64,000 nt of DNA, taken from an uncultured Bacteroidia bacterium. GTDB taxonomy: Bacteria; Bacteroidota; Bacteroidia; Bacteroidales; ML635J-15. This document shows positions 1 through 8,811 of the stretch, in pieces (the stretch's first letter is position 1; every line of letters starts with the position of its first letter). The notes below the pieces were generated by a model that saw only the letters and a program-made list of their open reading frames with translations, had not been told where the DNA came from and ran no database searches. The position numbers and the translations under genes are program-made. The stretch covers positions 154,709-218,708 of the forward strand of contig CACYQN010000006.1 in assembly GCA_902776565.1 (NCBI GenBank). The letters run 5' to 3'.

Positions 1-2
1 TT

Positions 3-857
3 ACTAAGCCTGGTGACAAGATTTTAATCAACACACCTGTATATCCGCCGTTTGTGAACTTACCAATAAACAATGGACGCGAATTGATAACCAACAAGTT
101 AATCTTAAAAAATGGTCGCTTTGAAATTGATTTTGCCGACCTTGAACAAAAGGCTAAGGGTTGCAAGATGATGCTTTTGTCCAATCCTCACAATCCAGGC
201 GGAACGGTATGGTCAAAGTCTGATTTGCAGCGTATTGCAGAAATATGCAAGCGCAATGGCGTACTTGTCATTTCCGACGAGATTCACGCCGACCTTACCT
301 TGCCAAACTATAAGCACACATCGTTCTCAACGGTATCGGATACTGCAAAATCAAACTGCATAACTTTCATCGCGCCAAGCAAGACCTTCAATATTGCTGG
401 CTTGTCAAGTTCCATAGCCTACACTCCCGAAAAGTCTATTCGTGACACCTATTTCGAATACCTTGAGGCTTCTGAGTTTGCCAACGGGAATATTTTTGCC
501 TACATCGGTGCCGAGGCTGCCTTCCGCGGTGGAGAAGAATGGCTTTCGCAACTGAAGGACTACCTTGTAGAGAACATTGCTTTTGCTGACGATTATTTCA
601 AGCGCAACTTACCTAAGGTCAAGGCTGTTCTGCCCGAGGCTTCATATCTGCTGTGGCTCGATTTCAACGGATTAGGCTTGTCGCACGAAGAATTGCAAGA
701 CAGACTCATCAACAAGGCAAAAGTTGCCTTGAACGATGGGCGAACCTTTGGCGGTGATGACTACGCAGGATTTTTCCGTATGAACATCGGTTGTCCGCGT
801 TCGATACTGAAGGAAGCTTTGGATAGGATTGCTAAGGCGTTCGCTGATGTGCGTTAG
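3..857 (+). CDS. PLP-dependent class I/II aminotransferase, MalY/PatB-type C-S lyase (5' end lies outside the window)
   Basis: The frame is open from the window edge, and the listed ORF 54..857 is only the Met-bounded part. Motifs SNPHNPGGTVW and VISDEIHADL are typical of MalY/PatB cystathionine beta-lyases. Confidence 0.75.
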   Translation, partial: TKPGDKILINTPVYPPFVNLPINNGRELITNKLILKNGRFEIDFADLEQKAKGCKMMLLSNPHNPGGTVWSKSDLQRIAEICKRNGVLVISDEIHADLTLPNYKHTSFSTVSDTAKSNCITFIAPSKTFNIAGLSSSIAYTPEKSIRDTYFEYLEASEFANGNIFAYIGAEAAFRGGEEWLSQLKDYLVENIAFADDYFKRNLPKVKAVLPEASYLLWLDFNGLGLSHEELQDRLINKAKVALNDGRTFGGDDYAGFFRMNIGCPRSILKEALDRIAKAFADVR

Positions 858-1951
858 CGTTCCGATTTGGCTTTTTTCTTCGTGAATGCCACAGAATCGC
901 CCCAAGCGTTGTAGAGAATCTTGTGGCCGATGGCTTTCATACGGATGTCGAGGCACGAGAAGCATTCCTCGGGCTTGTCGCTTACGCAGGCTTTGTCGGG
1001 ATAGATGAGATAGTCTTCGCGGTATTCGTTTGGCGTCAAGTTTGGCATAATGACGTTAGCCCCTGCCATAATTGCCTTTTCGCGTCCCATCGGGTCGATG
1101 GTCTGGTTTGCTGTGGCTGCCACCATATTGATTTCAGGCATCATCAGACGAAGTGTTGCAATCATCTTCAGCGTCATGTCCATTCTTTCCTGCACAGGAG
1201 GAATCTGGTCGGCATATTTATATAAAGGTGTATCGGGATGCGGAATGAAGGGTCCCATGCCTACCATTGCAACATCTTTCTGCCTGAAGAAAATAAGGTC
1301 GTCGGCAAGAATGTCGATTGTCTGGAAAGGCAAACCGACCATTACACCAGTACCTGTCTGGTAACCAATGGATAACAAAGAATCGATGCAGGCAAGCCGC
1401 TTGTGGAAGTCGTGTCGTTCATCGTGCGGATGAATCTTGTAGTACAAATCCTCGTTCGACGATTCAATTCTCAGCAGATAACGATGTGCTCCAGCCTCGA
1501 ACCATTCGCGGTAAACTTCGTCGCTCTGTTCTCCTAGCGAAAGCGTTATGCCTAACGAACCACCGTCAATCTCCTTGATGCGTTTGATTAAGGTCGTTAT
1601 CTTGTCGGTAAAAGCCTTGTCGCTACGCTCACCGCTCTGTATTGCAACCGAACCGTAGCCCAGTTTGTGCGAAAGCTTTGCACATTCAACAACCTCGTCG
1701 TCGGTAAGAGTGTACCGTTCGATATTGGTATTGTTGCTACGAACTCCGCAGTATAGGCACGACTTTCGGCATTTGTTGCTGTATTCGATAAGTCCCCTGA
1801 GATGCACGAAGTTGTCCAACGCAGAAAACTTAACTTCTTGAGCCTTATGGAAAAGCATCTGCATTTCTTCACCCGAAGTTGCCAATAGCTGTTTTATGTC
1901 GTCCTTTTCAAGATACTGCTTTTCTAATAGTTCGCGTATTGTCATAAACAT
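854..1951 (-). CDS. hydE: HydE-like radical SAM protein ([FeFe]-hydrogenase maturase family)
   Basis: CX3CX2C cluster motif CRKSCLYCG preceded by HLRGLIEYSN. Blocks GMGPFIPHPDTP and GANVIMPNLTP...YLIYPDK match HydE as I remember the family. Confidence 0.65.
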   Translation of the reverse strand: MFMTIRELLEKQYLEKDDIKQLLATSGEEMQMLFHKAQEVKFSALDNFVHLRGLIEYSNKCRKSCLYCGVRSNNTNIERYTLTDDEVVECAKLSHKLGYGSVAIQSGERSDKAFTDKITTLIKRIKEIDGGSLGITLSLGEQSDEVYREWFEAGAHRYLLRIESSNEDLYYKIHPHDERHDFHKRLACIDSLLSIGYQTGTGVMVGLPFQTIDILADDLIFFRQKDVAMVGMGPFIPHPDTPLYKYADQIPPVQERMDMTLKMIATLRLMMPEINMVAATANQTIDPMGREKAIMAGANVIMPNLTPNEYREDYLIYPDKACVSDKPEECFSCLDIRMKAIGHKILYNAWGDSVAFTKKKAKSER

Positions 1952-1962
1952 CTGATATTTTG

Positions 1963-2571
1963 TTATTTACAAAGTTCCTCAATCGCTTTTTCAACCCTGC
2001 TCATATCGGCGGTCGGTTCGAAGCGCTGGACAACGTTTCCATCCTTGTCAATCAGGAATTTGGTAAAGTTCCACTTTATGTCGGAGGTTTCCATATAGTC
2101 GGGATGCTGCTTCTTGAGCATATTGTTCATAAGGTCGCACATTGCAGTGTTGTCGTTGCCAAATCCCTCGAAGGTCTTTTGCGACTTCAGATAAGCGAAC
2201 AAAGGGTGCTCGTTCTTGCCATTAACATCAATCTTGTCGAACTGCTGGAAACTGACATTGAATTTAGAACAAAATTCCTGTATCTCCGAAATACTTCCAG
2301 GTGCCTGTCCGCCAAACTGGTTGCACGGAAAATCCAAGATTTCGAATCCCTTGTCGCGATACTTTTCATAAATGGCTTCAAGTTCTATATATTGTGGGGT
2401 AAAACCGCAATGTGTAGCCGAATTGACAACCAGCAAAACTTTGCCCTTGTACTCAGAAAGCGAAATTTCCTTGCCGTCGGCTTTCTTGACCTTGATGTCG
2501 TAAAATGCAGACTGCGCTACTGCAACGACAGATAACATACATATAATCAAGATGCTAAATATCTTCTTCAT
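1963..2571 (-). CDS. Glutathione peroxidase with N-terminal signal peptide
   Basis: Motifs VVNSATHCGFTPQY (catalytic Cys), FPCNQFGGQ and KWNFTKFL. Hydrophobic N-terminus MKKIFSILIICMLSVVAVAQ. Confidence 0.9.
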   Translation of the reverse strand: MKKIFSILIICMLSVVAVAQSAFYDIKVKKADGKEISLSEYKGKVLLVVNSATHCGFTPQYIELEAIYEKYRDKGFEILDFPCNQFGGQAPGSISEIQEFCSKFNVSFQQFDKIDVNGKNEHPLFAYLKSQKTFEGFGNDNTAMCDLMNNMLKKQHPDYMETSDIKWNFTKFLIDKDGNVVQRFEPTADMSRVEKAIEELCK

Positions 2572-2629
2572 ATCCTTTTAGTTTTTTTGTTTTCACTGCA
2601 AAGTTAATGATTTGGCGGTACATTTTTGC

Positions 2630-3145
2630 CTATTCATTGATTTTTTTCAAGAACCTTTCTTTATTGAAATTGGGAATATTATTGATTAACAACTCATTTA
2701 GCACCGCAAAAACATTCTGCCTATTAATTTCAACAGCAATGTATGCAGTATATCTGCCATTGGTTTCGCTGTATTTTTCGCAGACTGGGCTTATGTCCTT
2801 CAAAACAATGTCAATGGCCTTGTTTGAAACGATTCCAATGTCTTTTAGAAAAGTTTCCTTGTCGCTAACATTTTCTTGCTCTACTGCGACCAAAACCTTG
2901 TCCACTATTGTCTTGCCAAGACTTGATTTTGCTTTTGCAACGGCTTTTTCGCGGGCAAGACTTATGTTGCTTGATGTTGCATCAGCACATGCACGGAAGA
3001 ATTCTGCATCAGATATTCCTTTTTCGGCACAAGGATAACTTGCAACTGCAGTGGCTTTGTCTTCAGGTACCAAGTTCTTGCTAGCACTACATGACACTAT
3101 GCTGGCAGAGAGTGCAATAAGTAGTATTTCGCAAAACAATTTCAT
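2630..3145 (-). CDS. Lipoprotein of unknown function
   Basis: 171-aa ORF with a signal peptide and lipobox-like ASIVSC. No recognisable catalytic motif. Confidence 0.55.
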   Translation of the reverse strand: MKLFCEILLIALSASIVSCSASKNLVPEDKATAVASYPCAEKGISDAEFFRACADATSSNISLAREKAVAKAKSSLGKTIVDKVLVAVEQENVSDKETFLKDIGIVSNKAIDIVLKDISPVCEKYSETNGRYTAYIAVEINRQNVFAVLNELLINNIPNFNKERFLKKINE

Positions 3146-3315
3146 GGTGCAAATTTACAAAATATGATGCCATCCGTCAAATAATCGAATCGTCAAATTA
3201 TCAAATTGCAAACACCGCATCTTCCTTTCAACTTGCATCTGTTGATATTTTGTGACCTTGTGTGTATTTTGCTGTTCGGCTGTGCATTACTTTTATCGTT
3301 CTAAAAACTCACACG

Positions 3316-4278
3316 ATGAGAAAGTTACTTATAATCGTCATAATGTTTTTTGCAATACCGCTGTGCTATGCGCAATCGGTTCAGGAAGAATACATAAAGA
3401 AATATTGCCAGATAGCTGTGGACGAGATGACTAGGACAGGCGTTCCTGCCAGCATCACTTTGGCACAAGGCATCTTGGAATCGGGAAGCGGCACCTCGCA
3501 ACTTGCAATAAAAGGCAACAACCATTTCGGCATAAAGTGCCACTCCGACTGGACTGGCGGACGAATGTATGCCGACGACGACGCAAAGAACGAGTGTTTC
3601 CGTATGTACCGAAATGCATCGGAGTCGTTTCGCGACCATTCCGACTTTCTGCGCAACAACCAGCGCTATGCTTCATTATTCCAGTTGAATCCAAAGGACT
3701 ACAAAGGCTGGGCGGCAGGACTGAAAAAAGCAGGTTATGCCACAAGCCCGACATACGCGACACGCCTCATTGAAATTATTGAAAACTACAAACTTGCACA
3801 ATACGATTCTGGCACATTCGTACCGATTGCAGTAGTTTCCGACAACAACAATGCTACCAGCGATAATGCAAGTGCAAACGGCAACGACAAGAAACCTTCC
3901 GTATATTATTCGTCAAATGGGTTTGAACTCAGCATGTCGGAGTATTCGCTTGGAACAAACAACAATACGCAATACATAGTCCTGAAATATGATATGAACA
4001 TAGAAGTACTTTCGCGTAAACTCGGAATGGCTCCGTGGGAATTGCACAAGTATAACGACTTGCCTAAGGACTACAAAGTGAAGGCTGGAGAAATCATCTA
4101 CTTGAAACCAAAGAGAAACAAGGCTGAGAAGAAATGTCTGGTACATACCGTTCAGCATGGCGAGACAATGCGCGACATTTCGCAGAAATACGCTGTGAAG
4201 ATGAAGAGCCTGTACAAGATGAATGGCTGGGAACAGGGAGTTCAGCCTGTGGAAGGTTCAAAGCTAAGACTACGATAA
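3316..4278 (+). CDS. Peptidoglycan hydrolase: N-acetylglucosaminidase domain plus C-terminal LysM repeats
   Basis: Block ASITLAQGILESGSGTSQLAIKGNNHFGIKC is a FlgJ-type glucosaminidase domain. LysM-like HTVQHGETMRDISQKYAVKMKSLYKMNGW lies at the C-terminus. Start moved to ATG 3316 (MRKLLIIVIMFFAIPLCYAQ signal peptide). Confidence 0.8.
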   Translation: MRKLLIIVIMFFAIPLCYAQSVQEEYIKKYCQIAVDEMTRTGVPASITLAQGILESGSGTSQLAIKGNNHFGIKCHSDWTGGRMYADDDAKNECFRMYRNASESFRDHSDFLRNNQRYASLFQLNPKDYKGWAAGLKKAGYATSPTYATRLIEIIENYKLAQYDSGTFVPIAVVSDNNNATSDNASANGNDKKPSVYYSSNGFELSMSEYSLGTNNNTQYIVLKYDMNIEVLSRKLGMAPWELHKYNDLPKDYKVKAGEIIYLKPKRNKAEKKCLVHTVQHGETMRDISQKYAVKMKSLYKMNGWEQGVQPVEGSKLRLR

Positions 4279-4545
4279 GTTGTTTGATGGACTGACGCCC
4301 GTTTTAATGGCTGACGCCGTTTGAATGCCTGCGGCGTTTGAGAGTTTGATGGGCAAAGCCCGTTTCTGTGGCTGACGCCGTTTGAAGGTTTGATGGGCTG
4401 ACGCCCGTTTGAAAGGTTGTTTCTAGTTTTTCCGTTTCTAATCTCAAACCACTTCAAACCATCTTAAACAACCTTAAACAACCTTTAGCTCGCGCCAGCA
4501 ATTTCAAACAACCTCAAACAACTTCAAACATCCCCCCCCCATAAA
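4279..4545. repeat. Inverted pair of degenerate word arrays: GTTTGA-type units (4279-4440) facing TCAAAC-type units (4441-4535)
   Basis: Left: repeated TGGCTGACGCC(C)GTTTGAA(GG). Right: CTCAAACCACTTCAAACCATCTTAAACAACCTTAAACAACC...TTTCAAACAACCTCAAACAACTTCAAACA. Starts at the first nucleotide after the stop codon at 4278. Confidence 0.75.
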
Positions 4546-4585
4546 CATTTGTTGAATTTTTGAACCATTGAATCAAAATTTACTC

Positions 4586-4593
4586 TACCTTTG
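4586..4593 (+). promoter_or_regulatory. -7 promoter box TACCTTTG (DUF1573 gene)
   Basis: Exact TAnnTTTG 18 nt upstream of ATG 4611. Confidence 0.5.
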
Positions 4594-4610
4594 TAAAAAA
4601 TTATAATGTC

Positions 4611-5174
4611 ATGAAAAGGATATTTTTTGTTTTGGCAATCGTACTGATTGCTAGTGTTGCATTTTCGCAGGAAAAGGCAGACAAGAATGGTAAAAAGGAT
4701 AAGGAACAGACCGAAAATGTTGAAAAACGTTCAAGCATAGTGTTCGATAAGCTTGTTCACGACTTTGGCACAATGGAAAAAGGCGGTGATGCAAGTTGTG
4801 TCTTCACATTCAAGAACATAACCAAGAAGCCAGTTACCTTGACAAACGTAAAGACTTCGTGCGGATGTACTGCAGCCGACTGGCCAAAGGAACCGGTTGC
4901 AAAGAAGAAGAAAGGCTCTATCAAGGTTAAGTACGACAGCAACAGGATTGGTAAGTTTACCAAGACCATCAAGGTTTTCATCGAAGGAAATGAAAACCCT
5001 ATACAGTTGGAAATCAAGGGAACTATTGTTTCTCCAAATGCTAACGATGTGAAAACTGTCGCTCCTGTTGAAAAGAAGGAAGTAAAAAAGGTTGACGAGG
5101 CCGACAAGAAGAACGAAATAAAGCCTCAGGTAAAAGATGCCAAGTCGAATGAAGTGAAACAAGTAAAGAAATAA
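4611..5174 (+). CDS. DUF1573 domain protein (secreted) with a Lys/Glu-rich tail
   Basis: FDKLVHDFGTMEKGG...CVFTFKNITKKPVTLTNVKTSCGCTAADWPKEPV matches the DUF1573 core. A signal peptide is present. A TACCTTTG -7 box lies 18 nt upstream. Confidence 0.75.
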   Translation: MKRIFFVLAIVLIASVAFSQEKADKNGKKDKEQTENVEKRSSIVFDKLVHDFGTMEKGGDASCVFTFKNITKKPVTLTNVKTSCGCTAADWPKEPVAKKKKGSIKVKYDSNRIGKFTKTIKVFIEGNENPIQLEIKGTIVSPNANDVKTVAPVEKKEVKKVDEADKKNEIKPQVKDAKSNEVKQVKK

Positions 5175-5208
5175 AGTTTTTATACAATAAATTATAAATT
5201 AAACAGAT

Positions 5209-6408
5209 ATGCCACAGATATCAGAAAAAGGAAAAAACATGCCGTCGTCGCCAATTCGTAAATTGGTTCCCTATTCAGACGCAGCAAAAGCAAGAGGTGT
5301 AAAGGTTTACCATCTTAACATCGGTCAGCCAGACATTAAGACTCCAGAAGTTGCTTTGGAGGCAGTAAAGAACATGACCGATAAGGTTATAGCATATAGT
5401 CATACAGCTGGAAATGCTTCCTACAGGAAGAAACTGGCTGCATTCTACCAGAAGATAGGCATCGACGTTACCGAAAACGACATGCTCATCACTACTGGCG
5501 GTTCGGAAGCAATCGTATTTGCTTTCATGACTACCCTCAACCCAGGCGAAGAAGTGATTGTTCCAGAACCTTTCTACGCAAACTACAATGGTTTCGCAAT
5601 GCAGGCTGGCGTTGTTATCAAGCCTATCACTTCGAGCATAAAGAACGATTTCGCTCTTCCGTCAATCGAAGAGTTCGAAAAGGTTATAACACCTAAGACC
5701 AAGGGTATTGTAATCTGCAATCCTAACAACCCGACTGGCTACCTTTACTCAAAGGAAGAACTCTTCCAGCTGGCCGAAATCGTCAAGAAGCACGACCTTT
5801 ACCTGTATGCCGACGAGGTTTACCGTGAATTCTGCTACGATGGACATAAGCACTTCTCGACAATGCAGATTCCAGGAATCGAGCAGAACGTTATCATGAT
5901 GGACTCGGTTTCGAAACGTTACAGCATGTGCGGTGTTCGCGTTGGTTGCTTGGTTACCAAGAACAAGGAAGTCATCGCAACTGCTACCAAGTTTGCTCAG
6001 GCACGTCTTTGCCCGCCGTCATTCGGTCAGGTTGCTGCCGAGGCTGCTCTCGACACTCCGGCAGAATACTTCCACGAAGTTTATGATGAGTACATTGCCC
6101 GCCGTAACTTTATGGTTAAGGGCTTGAACGAAATCCCAGGCGTATATTGTCCAAATCCTAAGGGCGCATTCTACACAGTAGTTAAGCTTCCTATCGACGA
6201 TGCCGACAAGTTTGCAAAATGGATGCTCGAGGAATTCCAGTACAACGGACAGACCGTAATGGTTGCTCCTGCAACTGGCTTCTACAACACTCCAGGCCTT
6301 GGCAAGAACGAAGTTCGCGTTGCATACGTCCTCAAGATTGAAGACCTTAAGAATGCAATCGAGGTTTTGAAGCACGCTTTGGAAGTATATCCGGGCAGAA
6401 CAATGTAA
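5209..6408 (+). CDS. PLP-dependent aminotransferase, class I (aspartate/aromatic type)
   Basis: N-terminal SPIRKL, NPNNPTG, and the Lys motif SVSKRYSMCGVRVG. Confidence 0.85.
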   Translation: MPQISEKGKNMPSSPIRKLVPYSDAAKARGVKVYHLNIGQPDIKTPEVALEAVKNMTDKVIAYSHTAGNASYRKKLAAFYQKIGIDVTENDMLITTGGSEAIVFAFMTTLNPGEEVIVPEPFYANYNGFAMQAGVVIKPITSSIKNDFALPSIEEFEKVITPKTKGIVICNPNNPTGYLYSKEELFQLAEIVKKHDLYLYADEVYREFCYDGHKHFSTMQIPGIEQNVIMMDSVSKRYSMCGVRVGCLVTKNKEVIATATKFAQARLCPPSFGQVAAEAALDTPAEYFHEVYDEYIARRNFMVKGLNEIPGVYCPNPKGAFYTVVKLPIDDADKFAKWMLEEFQYNGQTVMVAPATGFYNTPGLGKNEVRVAYVLKIEDLKNAIEVLKHALEVYPGRTM

Positions 6409-6423
6409 TTAAAGTTATTTTTT

Positions 6424-6454
6424 AAGAAGCTATCGTAATGATAGCTTCTTTTTT
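6424..6454 (+). terminator. Rho-independent terminator after the aminotransferase gene
   Basis: Stem AAGAAGCTATC / GATAGCTTCTT with loop GTAAT, followed by a T-run. Confidence 0.8.
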
Positions 6455-6477
6455 AATAAATAAAACCTAACCTTTAT

Positions 6478-8811
6478 ATGGAAATATTCAATTCGTGGAG
6501 AAATTGCGAAAGGAATACGAAGCAGATGCACTATCCTTTACTGGGTAAGATTGTCCTTGCTGTGTTCATATATATTTTTACATTTCCCGCGTTTGAACCG
6601 GACCTCGCCCCTGGACTAGACGCCTCATATGTGTGGGGGTTGAACTGGCTGTTCGCCAACAACTATACGACACTTACTCAGCTGATATACCCGATTGGAC
6701 CTTTGGCGCTGCTGAAAATGCCAGCCATAGAAGGTGCCAACTTTATAATATTCCTTATCTTTTATACAACCATAAAATTTTGGTTCATAGCCACTTGCTT
6801 TGGATTATCAGAATCTCATTCCAAGAATTTCTATTGTGCTGCCGCACTGATAATGCTTGCTTCATATTTTGCAGGGATAGACCATATGATAATTTTCCTG
6901 TGCATTATGCTTGGATTCCAATTCGTTAGAACAACAAAGATGCATAAATTTGTTTTGATGGCAGTTTTGGGATTTATCGGTCTATTCATTAAGACTTCAA
7001 TTGGCGTAGAAGCATTGTCGGCGGTATTTGTCGTATGGCTTATGGACTTTTACAAAAACAGAAGTTTCAAAAGGTCGATTATTGCCGTATTGATAGTGTT
7101 TTCAACTGCTATTGTCGTCGGAATGTCTGTTTTGCACGATTTTTCTACAGTGATTGATTACTATTGGGGAGCAATGCATCTAGTGACAGGCTATGGTGGT
7201 ACTCTTTCGCTACACCCCGAAAACAACTGGCTGGCTCTTATCACTTTTATATTGATAATCGCATCATTTCCAATATTCTCTGGAGACAAAGATTCAAAAA
7301 TCATATTTTTTATATCGCTAATTCCAATTTTTGCGAATTGGAAACACGCCTTTGTACGTGAGGACATTACGCATTATCAAGCAATTATCACATTCATCAT
7401 TATATTTTGGTGTATAATATTTATGACTAAGAGCATACGCAAGGGATATACTGTTGTGTGTGCAATGCTTTCGGTAATGATGCTGTACTGGAATATGAAA
7501 GAAATTCCAGGTTATAGCAATAGGAAAATCGAATACTGCGGTATAAATAACTTTTGGGGTACTATTATGGAGTACAATGATTTTGCCGAGCGTATGAACC
7601 TAATTACCGATAATGCCATGTTGAGCGTAAAGTTGCCTGACGATGTGCTGACCAAGTTGGGAAATTCAACAATCGACTTTTATCCTTGGGAACATACTTA
7701 TGCAAAGGAAAATACACTAAATTGGCAACCACGGAAAACCATTGAGATTGGAGCTTCTACATCAAAATGGCTTTCGGATGTGGCTGCAGAAAACTACACT
7801 GGCGACAATTCTGCTGAATATGTATTGTGGCACTTTGAAAAAAATGGATATACCATAGATAACCGTTATCCATTAAACGACGAACCTAATGTCGTATATA
7901 ACATCTTACAGAATTATAATGCTGATTATTACGGAGATAATTATATCATTTGGAAGAAACGTCCAGAATGTAGGCTCATAAGCAAGGGGGCTGATAATGT
8001 TTTGACAGCAAGGTTCAACGAGTGGATTTCTGTTCCAGATTGTGGCGATAATATTCAGCGCATTAAGATTGAAAGTTCAGTAAATTTTACTGGTTTTGTG
8101 AAGAAGACGTTTTTCAAGGACGAAATGTATTTTGTTGATTATATGATACGTAGCGGTGAAATATTTACCTATAGGTATGTACCGTCTACTGCAGTAGACG
8201 GGCTATGGATAAATCCGTTGGTAGAAGATTTCCTGTCGGGCGAACTTGCCGACAAAGTCGACAAGGTTCGTTTCCGTGTGTCGGACGACAGATGCGTCAA
8301 GAAGGAAATTTCAGTACAGTTTGAAACCTGGAATGCTTCCCTTGGAGAAATAGTAAAAACAGTCAAAGATTCCCCTATTGTACTTTATATGAATAATTTC
8401 GAGAATATAGACTCTAAGAATACTGATGCATACGTTTTTAGTGGAGAGCTTTCCAATGTGATTGAACCTCAAGGATTTTCACATACATACGCTCTTCAGA
8501 TGGATTCACTATGGTCTATGCTAGCCGATTCTGTTGACGTTGATTTGAAGGCATCCTGCAAATTCATAAATACAGGTTCTTCACATTTGGTTGTTTCTAT
8601 CGATGGCAACGAAAAAAGTTTGTACGAGTGTTTGTATTTGGGAAATACAGGGTCAGATTTATGGAATAGTGCCAATCTGAAATGCAGCATTAGCCGAGAC
8701 GACTATCCGTCTGGAGTTTTGAAGGTATATGTTTGGAACAATGGAAATCGCCAGACATATATTGACGACATGAAGGTTTCGGTTACGGAAATACCTAAAA
8801 AACTACCGTGA
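6478..8811 (+). CDS. Large polytopic membrane protein of unknown function (multi-TM N-terminal ~330 aa, soluble C-terminal half)
   Basis: 777-aa ORF with many hydrophobic segments in the first third. The start is uncertain (alternative Met at 6526). The 3' end overlaps the convergent GT-C gene by 9 nt. Confidence 0.6.
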   Translation: MEIFNSWRNCERNTKQMHYPLLGKIVLAVFIYIFTFPAFEPDLAPGLDASYVWGLNWLFANNYTTLTQLIYPIGPLALLKMPAIEGANFIIFLIFYTTIKFWFIATCFGLSESHSKNFYCAAALIMLASYFAGIDHMIIFLCIMLGFQFVRTTKMHKFVLMAVLGFIGLFIKTSIGVEALSAVFVVWLMDFYKNRSFKRSIIAVLIVFSTAIVVGMSVLHDFSTVIDYYWGAMHLVTGYGGTLSLHPENNWLALITFILIIASFPIFSGDKDSKIIFFISLIPIFANWKHAFVREDITHYQAIITFIIIFWCIIFMTKSIRKGYTVVCAMLSVMMLYWNMKEIPGYSNRKIEYCGINNFWGTIMEYNDFAERMNLITDNAMLSVKLPDDVLTKLGNSTIDFYPWEHTYAKENTLNWQPRKTIEIGASTSKWLSDVAAENYTGDNSAEYVLWHFEKNGYTIDNRYPLNDEPNVVYNILQNYNADYYGDNYIIWKKRPECRLISKGADNVLTARFNEWISVPDCGDNIQRIKIESSVNFTGFVKKTFFKDEMYFVDYMIRSGEIFTYRYVPSTAVDGLWINPLVEDFLSGELADKVDKVRFRVSDDRCVKKEISVQFETWNASLGEIVKTVKDSPIVLYMNNFENIDSKNTDAYVFSGELSNVIEPQGFSHTYALQMDSLWSMLADSVDVDLKASCKFINTGSSHLVVSIDGNEKSLYECLYLGNTGSDLWNSANLKCSISRDDYPSGVLKVYVWNNGNRQTYIDDMKVSVTEIPKKLP

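Noticed and set aside
854-857. Overlapping convergent stop codons (TTAG at 854-857; also 8803-8811, 19291-19296, 58993-58998)
   Set aside because: These reflect real but trivial gene packing. I see no evidence of a functional consequence.
1963-2571. Selenocysteine recoding in the glutathione peroxidase gene
   Set aside because: The catalytic position is an ordinary Cys codon (ATHCGFT) and there is no in-frame TGA.
4242-4457. ORFs predicted inside the word arrays (4242..4457, 11482..11670, 13148..13501, 16053..16244, 55679..55867)
   Set aside because: Their translations are low-complexity and periodic. The shared peptide AARHDSTSSGDGELRNG in two of them is simply the translated DNA repeat. 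None has a promoter box or a plausible start context.
4279-4545. CRISPR array hypothesis for the repetitive intergenic regions
   Set aside because: The units are degenerate and variable in length. There is no alternation of constant repeats with unique spacers, and no cas genes are in the window.
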